Origin: the human T2T-CHM13v2.0 reference genome, Homo sapiens
NCBI RefSeq assembly: GCF_009914755.1
Contig: NC_060936.1
DNA length: 64,000 bases
Reading direction: 5' to 3' (one strand)
The first letter of the stretch is position 1. The number at the start of each line of letters is the position of its first letter. Of the stretch, positions 1-16,804 are shown in pieces. The notes beneath the pieces were generated by a model, which did no database searches, was not told where the DNA came from, and saw only the letters and a list, made by a program, of their open reading frames with translations. Both the position numbers and the translations under genes were made by a program.

Positions 1-928
1 AATTTTTAAAAACTGAGGTCAAAAAGGCACAGTATCAATACACTTTAGATACTTACATACATAACAATAAGTCAAATCTTAACCGAGTTAGTCCTTGATT
101 ATATTGACATATAATAGTAATGCCTTGACTTGCTCAAAGTAAATATTATGAATATTTTTTAATACAAAGAATATTCTCAAAACCCATAATTTAGAATTAC
201 TTAATTCTAGCGTCCTAAAAGAATAGAAATGTATGAAGCTTCCAACCTTTTAAGGAAAGATTTCTATCCAACTTGACTAGTTGCAATGGCTTACACCTGT
301 AATCCTAGCACTTTGGCCAGATCACTTGAGGCCAGGAGTTCGAGACCAGCCTAGGCAACATAGTGAGACTCTGTCTCTACAAAAAATTTAAAAAATTAGC
401 CTCCTTAGCTACTTGGGAGGCTGAAGTGGGAAGATAATTTGAGCCCAGGAGTTTGGGGCCGCAGTGTGCCACGACTGCACTCCTGCATTCCAGCCTGGAT
501 GACAGTGATATCCCATCTCAAGATAAATAGAAAGATTCAAACTCATAAGAGTGAGTCCTCATCTGTAAAGTCTAAGGGTTGTACTCAAAGACCACTGTGA
601 TTCCTTTTTGCTCTAAAATTTCATGACTGTGTTTCTGAAGTGATAGCTTGTGTTTATCAGTTTTAGAAAATATTTATAATATAAACTCAGTATCAAAATA
701 TGCAGGACAAATGAGTTTAAAATAAAACCTGAGCTCTTTTCCAAGGCCTATAAAACTCTTAAATATAAAGACCTCTGCTTCATTCTCTCTGATCTTATAT
801 CACTTCTCCCCTAATTACTATGTTCCAGTATAGTAACCTCCATTCTGTTTCTAAATGATTGATAAAATCAGTGCTAGTTCTATAATAATCTTCTCTGCTA
901 CTAAACTGCTGGTATCGAAACTGCCTTT

Positions 929-969
929 CAGATGAGATCAGGTGCGTTCAAGGTGGTATGGCCGAAGAT
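929..969 (-). pseudogene. 5S rRNA fragment (first ~41 nt), tailless retrocopy
   Basis: cagatgagatcaggtgcgttcaaggtggtatggccgaagat is the reverse complement of the 5S 5' end GTCTACGGCCATACCACCCTGAACGCGCCCGATCTCGTCTG, with mostly CpG-decay mismatches. Confidence 0.85.
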
Positions 970-1353
970 GTAAGTTGCCTTCCAGCTCAAATACCTTTGT
1001 TTTTGGTTAATAATGATTCAACTCATGTGCCCTAGACCCAGACCTGCCCTGGATGATATGAGGGGCTTAAAAATATATAATGTTTCCCTTATTCAAAGGT
1101 CCTTTTGTCGCCAGCCTAGCTACCTACAGGCTCCAGCTTAGTGTGTAAGACTCAACCATCCAGCGATTATCCTTAATCACTCCTTTCTATCATCTTCATT
1201 CAGTGAAGAATTTGGAACCTGGCTCAGTTTTCTTTTCTTCCCTGCTATGGGAAGTACAAAGACTATATAGATAACTTTGTCTTAAAATTCTGGGGTCGTC
1301 TAACATGCAACTTCACCTCCACTCAGCTTTAGACGCAACCAGGACATCACACT

Positions 1354-1413
1354 AAATCAAATGGTCATCCAGAACTCCTCTCCAAATCCAATGGTCATCC
1401 AGAACTCCTCTAC
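1354..1413 (+). repeat. Tandem duplication, 2 x 30 bp
   Basis: aaatc(a/c)aatggtcatccagaactcctct(c/a)c occurs twice. Confidence 0.9.
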
Positions 1414-2165
1414 CTCAGAAATCCTGAACTCCACCATCTTAGCCACTGACCCCCATCTCCCATTACATTAGCTCTTCCATGCCTTGACTCTCACTTAAGA
1501 CCCCTGGTGCTTTCTCGTCTTTCTGTTATGAACATAAATTCTGCGGAAAGCCACCTAAACTACTCCCATTCTAGCACTCTCTCCTCTGTAATAATCCTCT
1601 ACTTCCCTCCTTACCTGCCCACCAGAGCCCCAAACCCCGGATGAAGACTATCCCCTCACTTCCCTATTCCCGTACCCACACAGACTAGTTCCCAATTTCT
1701 CTCACGACTACCCATGAATCACTTCACCTGCCTTTTATCAACTCTTCCCCATTCTCCTCAAAGACTACTGCAAACTCTTCACCCTCAGGTACCCTTGCCT
1801 CCTTCTTCCTGCCCTCTACTTAGACAATACACACACATAAACATCCTCATCTTTCTTCTAATCTCAAAGTATAAAATATATTAGCCAAGGCTCAAAACTG
1901 TGTCTTCCACTTGCATCCTTGACCAATTCTCCCGTCTTTTCAACCCGCTCCATTAGTCACCTCCTTTGCTGTATCGCCAATCTTTTTCTCAGTGGAATCT
2001 CTTCAGCTGACAAGCATGTTGGTCTCCCTCGTGGCCTTCTGTAGTCATGTTAACATCTGTTTCTTCACACCTCTGATGTAAAAATTCTTAAAATATTTAG
2101 ATGTAAGACTTCTACTTATTTACGTTTGGATCTTCAGTTCATTTCAAATCATCTACTTCCCTTGA

Positions 2166-4792
<2,627 letters not shown>

Positions 4793-6127
4793 AATATTCC
4801 AGATTTTTAAAGAGCAAATATTGTATCCATCTATTTTTTAAAATTTTCTCAGCTCTTACCTATCATCCTCATGAAATGTATTCATTATCCTAAGAATACT
4901 TACTCTTTTTACAATGGTATCAAGGAAGGTAGCCCCTCTCAAAATAGTTTCTTAAGAAGAGGAGTAGGTTTATGGTTTATATAAGGGAAAAATGTGCAAA
5001 GATCTAGTTACAGATCTTTGAAGTGGAATCCCTGGAAATGTCTCCAAAGCAAAAGAGCAATGTAAGACTGTAAAAAGGATACAAAAAGAATCGGGGGTGA
5101 TTGAAAATTATGAACCACAAAAAACACATTAAGATTCTGAAACAGAATATAAACACAACCTGAAGATCTTTAAAGGGGAAGAATAGAATATAAATAACAA
5201 ACAAAATGTACAAAGACCTGGGTGTAGATCTTTGATATGGAGGCCTTGAAAACAGCCCTGTAGCAAAAAAGGTCAGTATAACACAAAGTTTGCTCAGGGA
5301 TTTTAAAAATTAGGGTTAATGGGCAAGGTAGTCCAAATAAATAGTAAAAATATGAAACAGAATATAAATACTAGCTAACGGACTTATATAATAAACGAAA
5401 AGGAAGGCACAAAAATATAAATGGCATAAAACTGTGTCTTTGGCAGGCAGAAAAGGATAAAGATTAACTTAAATATAACTAGCTCTTACTATACACTCTG
5501 TGGAACAAAATGGCCTACTTAATTTTATTTTCAAAACAGGGAAATGAGCACTGCGCTTAAGCAAATTGCTATGAAGTCCACACATTCCTGGTCTTGTTAA
5601 GTAATTAATTTATTCTTTGCATTATTAAACTTTATTTACTAAGCATAATTTTACCAATGATAATCACAATTGCTGAAATACTAAAGACTGCTTATTTTGT
5701 TCTGTCTTGTAAACAGCATATGAAGTTCTCTCAACAGTTGATCCACAGGCATGGTTATAAATCCATTTACCCTGCAATTGTTCTGAGATCTTTTCTCTTG
5801 ACTATATCTACCTGAAAACGTAATGACTGAGGCTTCGTGTGGAAATGGGAAACCATAAGATTATATATAAGGCAAAAGCAAGAAAATAAGGCTATAAGAT
5901 TTCAAAATTAAACTCCTCCCTCCTAAGCACTCTCTACTTTTCTTTCCTACTTTGTTTTTCTTCATAACTCTTATCATCTGACATGTTACTTGACATATTA
6001 GGTTCCTTTTTTTTTGTTTACTTGCACTTGGAAGCAGAGATTTTTGTTGTTTTGTTCATTAATAAACTCGTGGTGACTAGGACAGTCCTCACATATAGTA
6101 AGAGTTCCATAAATATTTGCCAAATGA

Positions 6128-6232
<105 letters not shown>

Positions 6233-6448
6233 TGAGGTCAGGATTTCTAGACCAGCCTAACCAACATAGTAAAACCCTGTCTCTAATAAAAAAATAAAAT
6301 TAGCCTGGCGTAGTGGCGCATGCCTGTAATCCCAGCTACTCAGGGAGGCTGAGGCAGGAGAATCGCTTGAACCTGGGAGGTGGAGGTTGCGGTGAGCTGA
6401 GATCGTACCATTGCACTCTGGCCTGGGCAACAGAGGGAGACTCCGTCT

Positions 6449-6481
<33 letters not shown>

Positions 6482-6699
6482 AAACAAAAACTGTTAAACT
6501 AATAGTCTATCCAGATCAAAGTGATTCGAACAATTAGGATACTTCACAAATAAAAGAAAAAATTAATAAACTGATGGCTAATCTGTTCTTATGGAAAATT
6601 CTCTTAATTATCATCCACTTCTGAAAAATAGAATATTGTATCTAGTACCATTATCTGGAAAGTTTGAACCCTCACAACCATCAGTATCTATTAGCACAT

Positions 6700-6869
6700 T
6701 TTTTTTCTTTTTTTAAAATAAAGATGAGGTCTCATTATGTTGCCTATGCTGGAGGTTATTCACAGACACAATCATTGCACGTCGTGGCTTCCAACTCCTG
6801 GCCTCAAGGAATACTTCCTCCTCAGCCTCCCAGTAGGTAGTACTGGGGAGTGCCACCAGGCCTCGCATC
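6700..6869 (-). mobile_element. FAM-like fossil Alu monomer
   Basis: Monomer keeping the 7SL-like tattcacagacacaatc segment. TSD ttagcacatttt on both sides. Confidence 0.65.
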
Positions 6870-7184
6870 TTAGCACATTTTTTAAGTTCAGTGTGTATAA
6901 AAGCAGGGCCACCCCTTCACTGGAGGGTGAAACCCTGCAAACTAAGGCAAGTACAATAAAAATTTCAGTCATTAGTTATTTGCTTCTGTCTTGTAAGCAG
7001 CATATTAAATGCTCTTGAACAATTTTCCTCCCCAAGACTTTGGTATAAACGTGCATTTTCTACAAGAGGAGAAAATTTCATTCTGAATATATAACTTTTC
7101 CACATTTCTAGTGAACCATCCTCTAGTACTGCCTTCATTAAAGTTGAGACAGCCTTTTAAATGAAAGGTCAATCAAACGAAGGG

Positions 7185-8505
7185 TTTTTTGTTTTTTTGA
7201 AAGAGGGTCTTTGCAAGGTTGACCAGGCTGGAATGCAGTGATGCGATCACATCATGGCTCACTGCAGCCTAGACCTCTCAGGTTCAAGTGATCCTCCCAC
7301 CTAAGCCTCACCAGTAGCTGGGACTATAGTTGCATGCCTGACTGCCTCCCAGGCTCCAGTGATTCTCATGCCTCAGCCTCCCAAGTAGCTGGCATGACAG
7401 GCATGCACCACCACACCCAGCTAATTTTTGTATTTTTAGTAGAGACGGGGTTTCGCCACATTGGCCAGGCTGGTCTTTAACTCCTGGCCTCAAGTGATAC
7501 ACTTGCTTAGGCCTCCCAAAGTGCTGGGATTACAGGCATGAGCCACCATGCCTGGCCTAATTTAAAAAAAAATTTTTGTAGGGGCTTGGCCTGGTGGCTC
7601 ACACCTATAATCCCAGCACTTTGGGAGGCCAAGGAGTTCAGGTTGCTTGAGCCCAGAAGTTCAACACCAGCTTGAGCAATAAGGCAAAATCCTGTCTCTA
7701 TAAAAAAATACAAAAATTAGCTAGGTGTGGTGGCATGTGCCTTTAGTTCCAGCTACTTGGGAGGCTGAGGCAGGAGGATCACGTGAGCCTGGGGAGGTCA
7801 AGGCTATAATGAACCATGATCGGGCCACAGCACTCCAGCCTGGGCAACAGAGCAAGACCTTGTCTCAAAAAAAATGTATGTATTTTTTTGTAGAGACAGG
7901 GTCTTCCTATGTTCCCCAGGCTGGTCTCAAACTCCTGGGCTCAAGTGATCCTTCCTGCCTCGTACTCCTAAAGTGCTGGGATTACAGGCGTGAGCCACCG
8001 TGCCTGGCCCAAGTTTTTTTTTTGAGACAGGGCCTCGCTGTGTTGCCCAGGCTGGATAATAGTGGTGATCATAGGTCACTGCAACCTCCAACTCCTGGGC
8101 TCAAGTGATCCTCCCATCTCAGCCTCCCAAGTAGCTAGGGATACAGGCATGTGCCACCACACCCAGCTCCAAATGAAGTTGTTGTTGTTGCTGTTTTTAA
8201 TCCACAATTCTTTTTAATACTATTTTTATTTTTTGAGACAGGGCCTGTTTCCCAGGTTGAAGGGCAGTAGTGCAATCACGGCTCACCGTAGCCTCAACCT
8301 CCTGGGGCTCAAGTGATTCTCCCACTTGAGTAAATGGGACTACAGGTGCACATCACCATGCCCAGATAATTTTTCTATCTTTTTTGTAGAGACAGGGTTT
8401 CGCCACATTGGCTAGGCTGGTCCTGAACTCCTGGGCTCAAGCTATCTGCCTGCCTCGGCCTCCCAAAGTGCTGAGGTTACAGGCGTGAGCCACCATGCCT
8501 GGCCA
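7185..8505. mobile_element. Dense nested Alu cluster in both orientations
   Basis: A plus-strand Alu (~7585-7875) sits among minus-strand Alu pieces. Confidence 0.85.
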
Positions 8506-8789
8506 CAATTCTTTCACTTTACTGTTTGGTGTTCCTTTTCTAAATATTTAAAAGGATACTAAAACTAAAAATTTTCTTTTCAAAAAATTTTCTCTTTAGC
8601 TCTTCAAGAGGGAAGATAGAGCCTAAGAATATATCTTGCTACCCAAAGTACTATCCTGTCTTCTCTGGAACCACTCCTCTTAACAGAACCCAGTTTAAGG
8701 CAGAGGTGAGACATCTGAAGGCTCTTTCATCTGGAAGGATCTCATTAGACTGGTGTGACAGGCTGTTGCTAAACTCTCTTATGTTCTCC

Positions 8790-8963
8790 TAAAAGCTGGA
8801 AAAGGCAAGGAAGGATCATTCCCTAGAAGCCTCGAAGGGAGCGTGGCCCTGCCAATTCCTTGATTTCAAATTTCTACCCCCCAAAACTGTGGAAGAATAA
8901 TTTCTGTTGTTTTAAGCCACTGAGTTTGTGGTTCTTTGTTATAGCAGCCCTAGGAAACTAACA
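8790..8963 (+). mobile_element. MLT1C-like LTR 3' fragment
   Basis: agctggaaaaggcaaggaagga...tttctgttgttttaagccac...tgttatagcagccctaggaaactaacaca. Confidence 0.75.
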
Positions 8964-9296
8964 CAGATGATAAAGGTCTAACCTTTCTAAATTCCATTAG
9001 ATAGTATTATCATTATATTTAAATCGCCATTTAAAGTGTGGCTTTTCCAAGTGTACTTTGCTTGAAAAAGAAAAAAAAATCTCTAGCCTTTGTTTTTTTC
9101 TTTTTTTTTTTAAATGATGGATTTAAAGGTCAAGCACTGACAGAAGTGTCAATCCATATTTCAAATGCATTAATGTGGTCATGAAAAAAGTAATCAGATA
9201 GATGTTTAATAGTTAAGCATTGTCCATTTGAGTTGCAGAGCACCCCACCCTTCATTCATTCCTTCAACCAACTACTCAAGTGAAGAACATGCTTAC

Positions 9297-9447
9297 TTGT
9301 TACTGGTTGGTCCTGTTGCCAAGACATCGGACTGTAACTTTGGAAAGAACCCCTGCTCATATTTGCCTTGACCAATTTTCATATCAAGTAGATGTGGGTG
9401 GATTGCAGTGTGATCCATTTTCATCAGTCTCTGCTCAATTGATTGGG
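9297..9447 (-). CDS. DENND5B: DENND5B coding exon (probably exon 7), 151 nt, phase 1->2: [50 protein letters not shown]
   Basis: Hand-translated (absent from the ORF track). Acceptor tttatag|CCC, donor AA|gtaagc. Phase matches the upstream exon. Confidence 0.93.
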
Positions 9448-9566
9448 CTATAAATTAAATTTATAATAAATTAGAGACATTTCATTGCTAGCCCTTCAAA
9501 AATAATGCTTCCTCCACTCATGCACCTACAGAGAACCCAATCACTCTGACACTCTGAAACAGATAT

Positions 9567-9612
9567 TGTGTGTGTGTGTGTGTGTGTGCACGCACGCACG
9601 CATATATGCATG
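9567..9612 (+). repeat. (TG)11(CACG)3-CATATATGCATG alternating pyrimidine-purine tract
   Basis: Read directly. It replaces the tail of the Alu at 9613-9897. Confidence 0.9.
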
Positions 9613-9618
9613 TTTTGA

Positions 9619-9899
<281 letters not shown>

Positions 9900-10754
9900 T
9901 GAAATAGATTTTTACAAGGGCTCTTCAGAAATTAGTATAATGTAAGTATAAAAAGTTAACTTTAAGTAAATATTGGATGATTAATTTTCATGGTATTTTC
10001 TGCCTTTGTCAAAATCAGGGCCGCGGGGATGAAAAGCCTACAATTTTGTATTGAAACAGTTTCTCTTAAGTAAGAAATTCAATATTCTTACACAAAAATA
10101 TGGTTCTAAGTACAACATTAAAGAAAATGATAGCAAATAAAATATTTTTCTTGAGCTGAAATACAAGTTAAAGAGAAGACGCAAGCACAATGGCCTTATT
10201 AACTTTACTTCTTTATACAAAGACCTATTAAATATTCGTGGTTCTCCATCTGTAAAAACAAGGAACGGTGTGAAGTTTATTACCTCACTTTTAGCAACAG
10301 TCACGTTCTCATTAGTAGGAGTCATTTTGGAGTGTTTATTAGATCAAGAAGGTAATACAGCAAAAAGTCATATAAGCAGGCATTTAGAAAATGTCCAGAG
10401 GATAAGAAACTGGCCTTTTGAAGAATAAAATAGGTGAATGTTAAGATAGGATTACTAAACATTTCTATTTTAAAACCACTAAGAGTCAGGGATGTTGGAA
10501 GATGTCTCAAAGTCCCCAGAAACAGTGATCTATTTCTCAGGTAAACAAATAAATAAAACCTGATCTTAAACATTTTAATCAACTGAATTGTCAAGAGAAA
10601 ATATATTTTAGAAGCAAGCCTAGGTCTCTGATCCTCTGCCTAGAGATTACTTAAAAGGGGAGAACAAGCAGTAATGGTAGTTGTGTGATAAACAGAACAC
10701 ACTGTGGGAGCTGCTAATTTTGTGATTTAAGAGAAGAACCAGGTGCCTTTATAA

Positions 10755-11137
<383 letters not shown>

Positions 11138-12605
11138 TGAAAGAAAATCTATTTTAATTGGAAAGACTTTCTGGAAGCACACAATTAAGGTATTGGTGCT
11201 TAGTTCCATCTAAAAAATTCCATCAGGAAGGGAGAAATAAAATTTGTGCAACAAGGCATTATGCTATTCACATGGATATTAAGGCACTGGAAGTCATTTT
11301 ATTCTCTGAACAAGGATAGACAATTTCATTAATTCTACTTTCTCAATTTCCAAAACCACATAGGTAATTGCCACTTCCTGAAGGGGCTCCAGGGATCTAC
11401 CCTGATTCGTGGGAATACAACAGGGTGATGTTTCTATGGTTACATAAAAGACATCATTTACATACTTCTCCCTTACATACGCTAAAGCTTCAGCATCATC
11501 ATTCCTGACTTTGATCTATTTAAGTAAAGTGGGAAAGGCAGGCAAGCAATCAAGAGAGACAGATCAAGGAAGCTCCACATTTGCTGCCTCCTTTTTCTCC
11601 AGAGGAAAAGTTGCTGTCAAATAACTCCAACATTTGAAGGGAAAGAAATAAAAGGGAGGGCCGTCAGGTGATAGGTATCTGCTTATCTGGCAAAGAACAG
11701 GTTAGGGACCAGGCATAATTGTATAAAATAAGTGTGGACTAGTACATTTTACATAGTTCTTTCTTGAATGAACAGCTAACATGATGTTAAGGCTTCCTGT
11801 GCCAGAAATCAGACCTGGATTCAAACCATGGCTCGACCAATCACTAGCTATGCAACCACCAACCACAGGCAAGTTACTTAACCTCTCAGTTTTCTCAATT
11901 GTAAAATGAGGGCAGTAATAAAACAAAATAAAAATAAGTATTCCAGGCCAGACATGATGGCTCATGCCTGTAATCCTAGCATTTTGGGAGGCCAAGGCAG
12001 GTGTTTTGTTTGAGCTCAGGAGTTCAAGACCAGCCTGAGCAACATCGTGAATCCCTGTCTCTACCAAAAATACAAAAAATTAGCCAGGCATGGTGGCATG
12101 CATCTGTAGTCCCAGCTACTTGGGAGGCTGTGGTGGGAGGATCACTTCAACCCAGGAGGCAGAGGTTGCAGTGAGCCGAGATGGCACCACTGCACTCCAG
12201 CCTGAGTGACAGCGAGATTCTGTTTCAAAAAAAAAAAAGGGTGCTGGGCTCACACCTGTAATCCCAGCACTTTAGGAAACTGAAGCAGGTGGATCACTTA
12301 AGCCCAGGAGTTCAAGACCAACCAAGGTAAGATAATAACCTGAGCAACATGGTGAAACCCTGTCTCTACAAAAAATACAAAAAATTACCCGAGGGTGGTG
12401 GCACATGCCTATAGTACCAGTTCCCCAGGAGGCTGTGGTAGGAACATCACCTGAGCCCAGGAAGTTGAGGCTGCAGTGAGCCATGATGGCACCACTGCAC
12501 TCCAGCCTAGGCAACAAGTGAGACCCTGTCTCAAAAGAAAAAAAAAAAAATTCGTGAACACCTGGCATGATGACTGACATAGTAAATACTCATGTTGGCT
12601 ATTAA

Positions 12606-12821
<216 letters not shown>

Positions 12822-13139
12822 TGACACCACACCTGGCTAATTTTTGTATTTTTAGTAGAGATGGGGTTTCGCCATGTCGGCCAGGCTGGTCTTGAACTCC
12901 TGACCTCAAGTGATCCGCTGGCCTTGGCCTTCCAAAGTGCTGGGATTAAAAGTGTGAACCATCACGCCCAGCCTGAGTCAGATTTAATTTCAATAAGTGA
13001 AGCTATTATAATTAATGGCACTACTAAAGCAAAGATACTGTTTTAGTATGTAAATTAAGCAGAATCTAAGATTTACTGTTTTAAATAAATATCCTTTCTT
13101 GGATATAGAGAAGAGGTGAGAAGTAAAAATGAAACATAA

Positions 13140-13447
13140 GGCCGGGCGCAGTGGCTCACGCCTGTAATCCCAGCACTTTGGGAGGCCGAGGTGGGCGATC
13201 ACGAGGTCAGGAGATCGACACCATCCTGGCTAACACAGTGAAACCCCGTCTCTACTGAAAATTCAAAAAATTAGCCGGGTGTGGTGGTGGGCGCCTATAG
13301 TCCCAGCTACTCGGGGCAGGAGAATGGCGTGAACCCGGGAGGTGGCGCTTGCAGTGAGCCAAGATGGCGCCACTGCACTCCAGCCTGGGCGACAGAGTGA
13401 GACTCCGCCTCAAAAAAAAAAAAAAGAAAAAGAAAAAGAAAAAGAAA
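13140..13447 (+). mobile_element. AluY-like element
   Basis: CpG-rich; gagatcgacaccatcctggctaacac, gaatggcgtgaacccggga. TSD-like gaaacataag on both sides. Confidence 0.9.
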
Positions 13448-13486
13448 CATAAGTAGCAAGACAGAAATTAACATTTTTTCCATTTA

Positions 13487-13845
<359 letters not shown>

Positions 13846-14062
13846 TCAATTTATTATTGTTTTTCCTCTTCTAAGAGAAGAGGAACGTCAAGTAGGAGTA
13901 GGACTCAGAAAGAAAAATTTACAAAGCATTTCGTGATATAGTACCAGGATTAGCCATGAAGTCTAAAACTGAAAATTAATTTTGTTGTACATAAGGCCAG
14001 CAATTTGTGGGAAAAAAGCGATAATGGATTTTAATTTAATTTAAAAGGCATGGCAAATGTAC

Positions 14063-14294
14063 CTGCTTCTTTTAAAGTGCTGCATTTCTGATATATAGAT
14101 GTCCGCAAGGTGGGTGCCCTTACATTATACAGCCTTATCTTATCAATCCGAGTGTCAAAGACCCGAAGCAAAGGATCTTTCTCTTCCCACTGAGACATAA
14201 TTTTATTATCAATAAAGGTGGCAAACATCTGTGTTTCAATGAAGCGTGAAAGAAATGGCAGGTAAGGCTCAGGCTGGTCAGACAGAAAGGAAGC
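14063..14294 (-). CDS. DENND5B: DENND5B coding exon (probably exon 6), 232 nt, phase 0->1: [31 protein letters not shown]...TLKEA
   Basis: Inside ORF 14031-14345. dDENN end motif [16 protein letters not shown]. Acceptor ttacag|GCT, donor GCAG|gtacat. Confidence 0.97.
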
Positions 14295-14660
14295 CTGTAA
14301 TGAGATAATTAGGAAATTATTAGTGCAAAGAGACCATCTCAACACTACATGATAAGCCTGAAAATTATGTTAACTCAGGACATTCCTTTTTTAAATCTTA
14401 TAAAACTGACACTTGAAATTCAAAAATCCTTAAAAATCCACTTTTCTTTCCATTTTCCTAAATTTAGAGAATGTACGTCACTTAGGTCTTTAGCACTGAT
14501 CTTACCTTACAAAATTTACATTCTGATCCTTATGACCATTATGTAGCAAAGAGGGCATCAGTAACGAAAGATGGCAGATAAGTTGCTATACAATTGTCAA
14601 TCATCCACTTCACTTGCAGTTAAAAATTTTTATCCCTTTCCCCAATGAGTTGTAATTTCG

Positions 14661-14958
14661 TTTTTTTTTTTTCTTTGAGATGGAGTCTCGCTCTGTCGCC
14701 CAGGCTGGAGTGCAGTGGCACGATCTCGGCTCACTGCAAGCTCCCGCCTCCCGGGTTCATGCCATTCTCCTGCCTCAGCCTCCTGAGTAGCTGGGACTAC
14801 AGGCGCCTGCCACCACGCCCGGCTAATTTTTTTGAATTTTTAGTAGAGACGGGGTTTCACCATGTTAGCCAAGATGGTCTCGATCTCCTGACCTCATGCT
14901 CCGCCCGCCTCGGCCTCCCAAAGTGCTGGGATTACAGGCGTGAGCCACCGCGCCCGGC
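14661..14958 (-). mobile_element. AluY-like element
   Basis: gcaagctc, gccattctcc, ttagccaagatggtctcgatctcc. TSD agttgtaatt. Confidence 0.9.
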
Positions 14959-16257
14959 TACAAGTTGTAATTCCTTCTGTTCTCTATTCCTAGCCTATGA
15001 AATATACTTTCAAGCCACAAGGTAGTGAGATGATTAACTGATACAATAAACACATCAGCATTAATCTTAAAAAAGACATGGAATTTATGCTTATGGGTGA
15101 AGTTCTTTTGTTCTTCTTTAAGTGAATGCTTTTCTAGACTCTTTAACTCTGTGAGAAATCAATAGATGAGTGTTAAGCCAAGGAAAAATTCCTTCCACAC
15201 CTGTGCTGACACAACAGTCTCAGCCTTAACAACTAAAAAAGGCACTGCCTGGAAGCTGGGCATGGTGGTGGCCACCTACAGTCCCAGCTACTAGGGAGGC
15301 TGAAGCCGGAGGATCCTGTGAGCCCAGGAGTTTGAGGCCAGCCTAAAGAAACATAGTGAAACCGCATTTCCAAAAAAACAAACAAAAAAAAACAAATCAT
15401 TGCCTGAAAAACCATCAGAAGCAAGCCTTTGGAGAACGAGTACAATAAGCTGTACACCTTTCCTGTTACTAGCCTGTCTGATGCATGGGATGGTTCAGTA
15501 CATCGTAATCAGTTCCTAATTAAAAGTGTCATTTTTTTTTCTGTTGTTCTTCCATGCTCATGTGTGTACAGGGATTCTACATTCAATGCAGTACTAAAAT
15601 CTGGAAGTAAATTTGGAAGTAAATTCCTATTTTGGTTGCTGGGTTGGTTTTTATTTTTGCATGGCAGAAGCCAGAAGGGGAAAGGGGAAAGAGGAAAGAG
15701 AAATAAGTTCTGACATAAGGTGACTTTTAAAAATACTCATCAGCTTCTTGCTAGCATATTTACTTTCATTCTGAAATTTAGGAGGTCTTCTTAAAATTTC
15801 CTTATAGAAATCCACTTATTCACTTTAAGTAGTTCCATAGTTCAGGTGTATATACATAAATCCAAATAACCACAGAAAGATTCACAGTAGTCTAGAAATC
15901 AGTTCACCTTCACCAATAAACATCTTACTTTTCATACATCAAATAGCCTTTTTTTTAAAAAAGTGGGCCAAAGATCTGGCTTTTGATATTCAGACCCTCA
16001 TAGACTATAAAATTTTAGGTCAACAACGATTTGGCTTGTACGACTAGTATGTCCTGCAGATTTTCCTAGTGAAAGGTACTTATAAGCCTTCTGGAATCCA
16101 ACAGAAAATTTTCATTTCTTTAGGGGTTATGTAAAAAGAATTCCATTTATATAGTTTGAGGCTACATAAAGATTAAGAAGGAAGGAAGTATCAGGGCTTG
16201 ATTTAGGTAAGAATTTGAATTGTCCCAAGGATAAACCATGGATATACACAGATTAGT

Positions 16258-16562
16258 TTTTTTGTTGTTTTTTTTTTTTTTGAGACAGAGTCTCGCTGTC
16301 GCCCAGGCTGGCGTCCAGTGGCGTGATCTCAGCTCACTGCCAAGCTCCACCTCCCGGGTTCATGCCATTCTTCTGCCTCAGCCTCCCAAGTAGCTGGGAC
16401 TATAGGTGCCTGCCACCACGCCCGGCTAATTTTTTTGTATTTTTAGTAGAGACGAGGTTTCACCATGTTAGCCAGGATGGTCTCGATCTCCTGACCTTGT
16501 GATTCGCCCGCCTCAGCCTCCCAAAGTGTTGGGATTACAGGCGTGAGCCACTGTGCCCAGCC
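16258..16562 (-). mobile_element. AluY-like element
   Basis: AluY diagnostic positions. TSD cacagattagtt. Confidence 0.9.
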
Positions 16563-16701
16563 CACAGATTAGTTCTAAGCTAGATAGGAAAAAGTATGGA
16601 AAATGGTTAAGACTAACGAAAAAGGAACCTAAGGGCATACACTTAAAGAAGTGAAGTCTTGTTAATATTAAAGAAGTTTTCTCAAACGTAAGTGCATCAG
16701 G

Positions 16702-16804
16702 ATGCTTTTGTAGTTCATAAATGTAATAATTGGCTTTTCATGCTCATGTGTGAGATGTACCTTCCTCAAACTTTGTTACCATGTTAGAACATTACCTGTC
16801 TGAT
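16702..16804 (+). pseudogene. U13 (SNORD13) C/D snoRNA retropseudogene
   Basis: atgcttttgtagttcataaatgtaataattgg...tgtgtgagatgt...ttgttac...acattacctgtctga aligns end to end with U13. The C box has decayed (tgatga -> taataa), the D box ctga is retained, and an A-rich tail follows. Confidence 0.85.

Noticed and set aside
1354-1413. 30-bp direct repeats as a CRISPR-like array
   Set aside because: Only two adjacent copies with no spacers, in eukaryotic intron DNA.
11477-11515. 39-nt cassette exon candidate (aaatag|ATC...TAT|gtaagg, - strand)
   Set aside because: Open only in phase 0, but the host intron is phase 1, which gives DQSQE*. The splice sites are mediocre.
14029-14062. Read-through of the 232-nt exon ([10 protein letters not shown]) with tandem ATTAAA
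   Set aside because: The hexamers overlap the stop in low-complexity AT sequence and the tail is featureless.
16702-16804. Functional intronic snoRNA
   Set aside because: Antisense to the host gene, C box mutated and A-rich tail present, so it is a retropseudogene.
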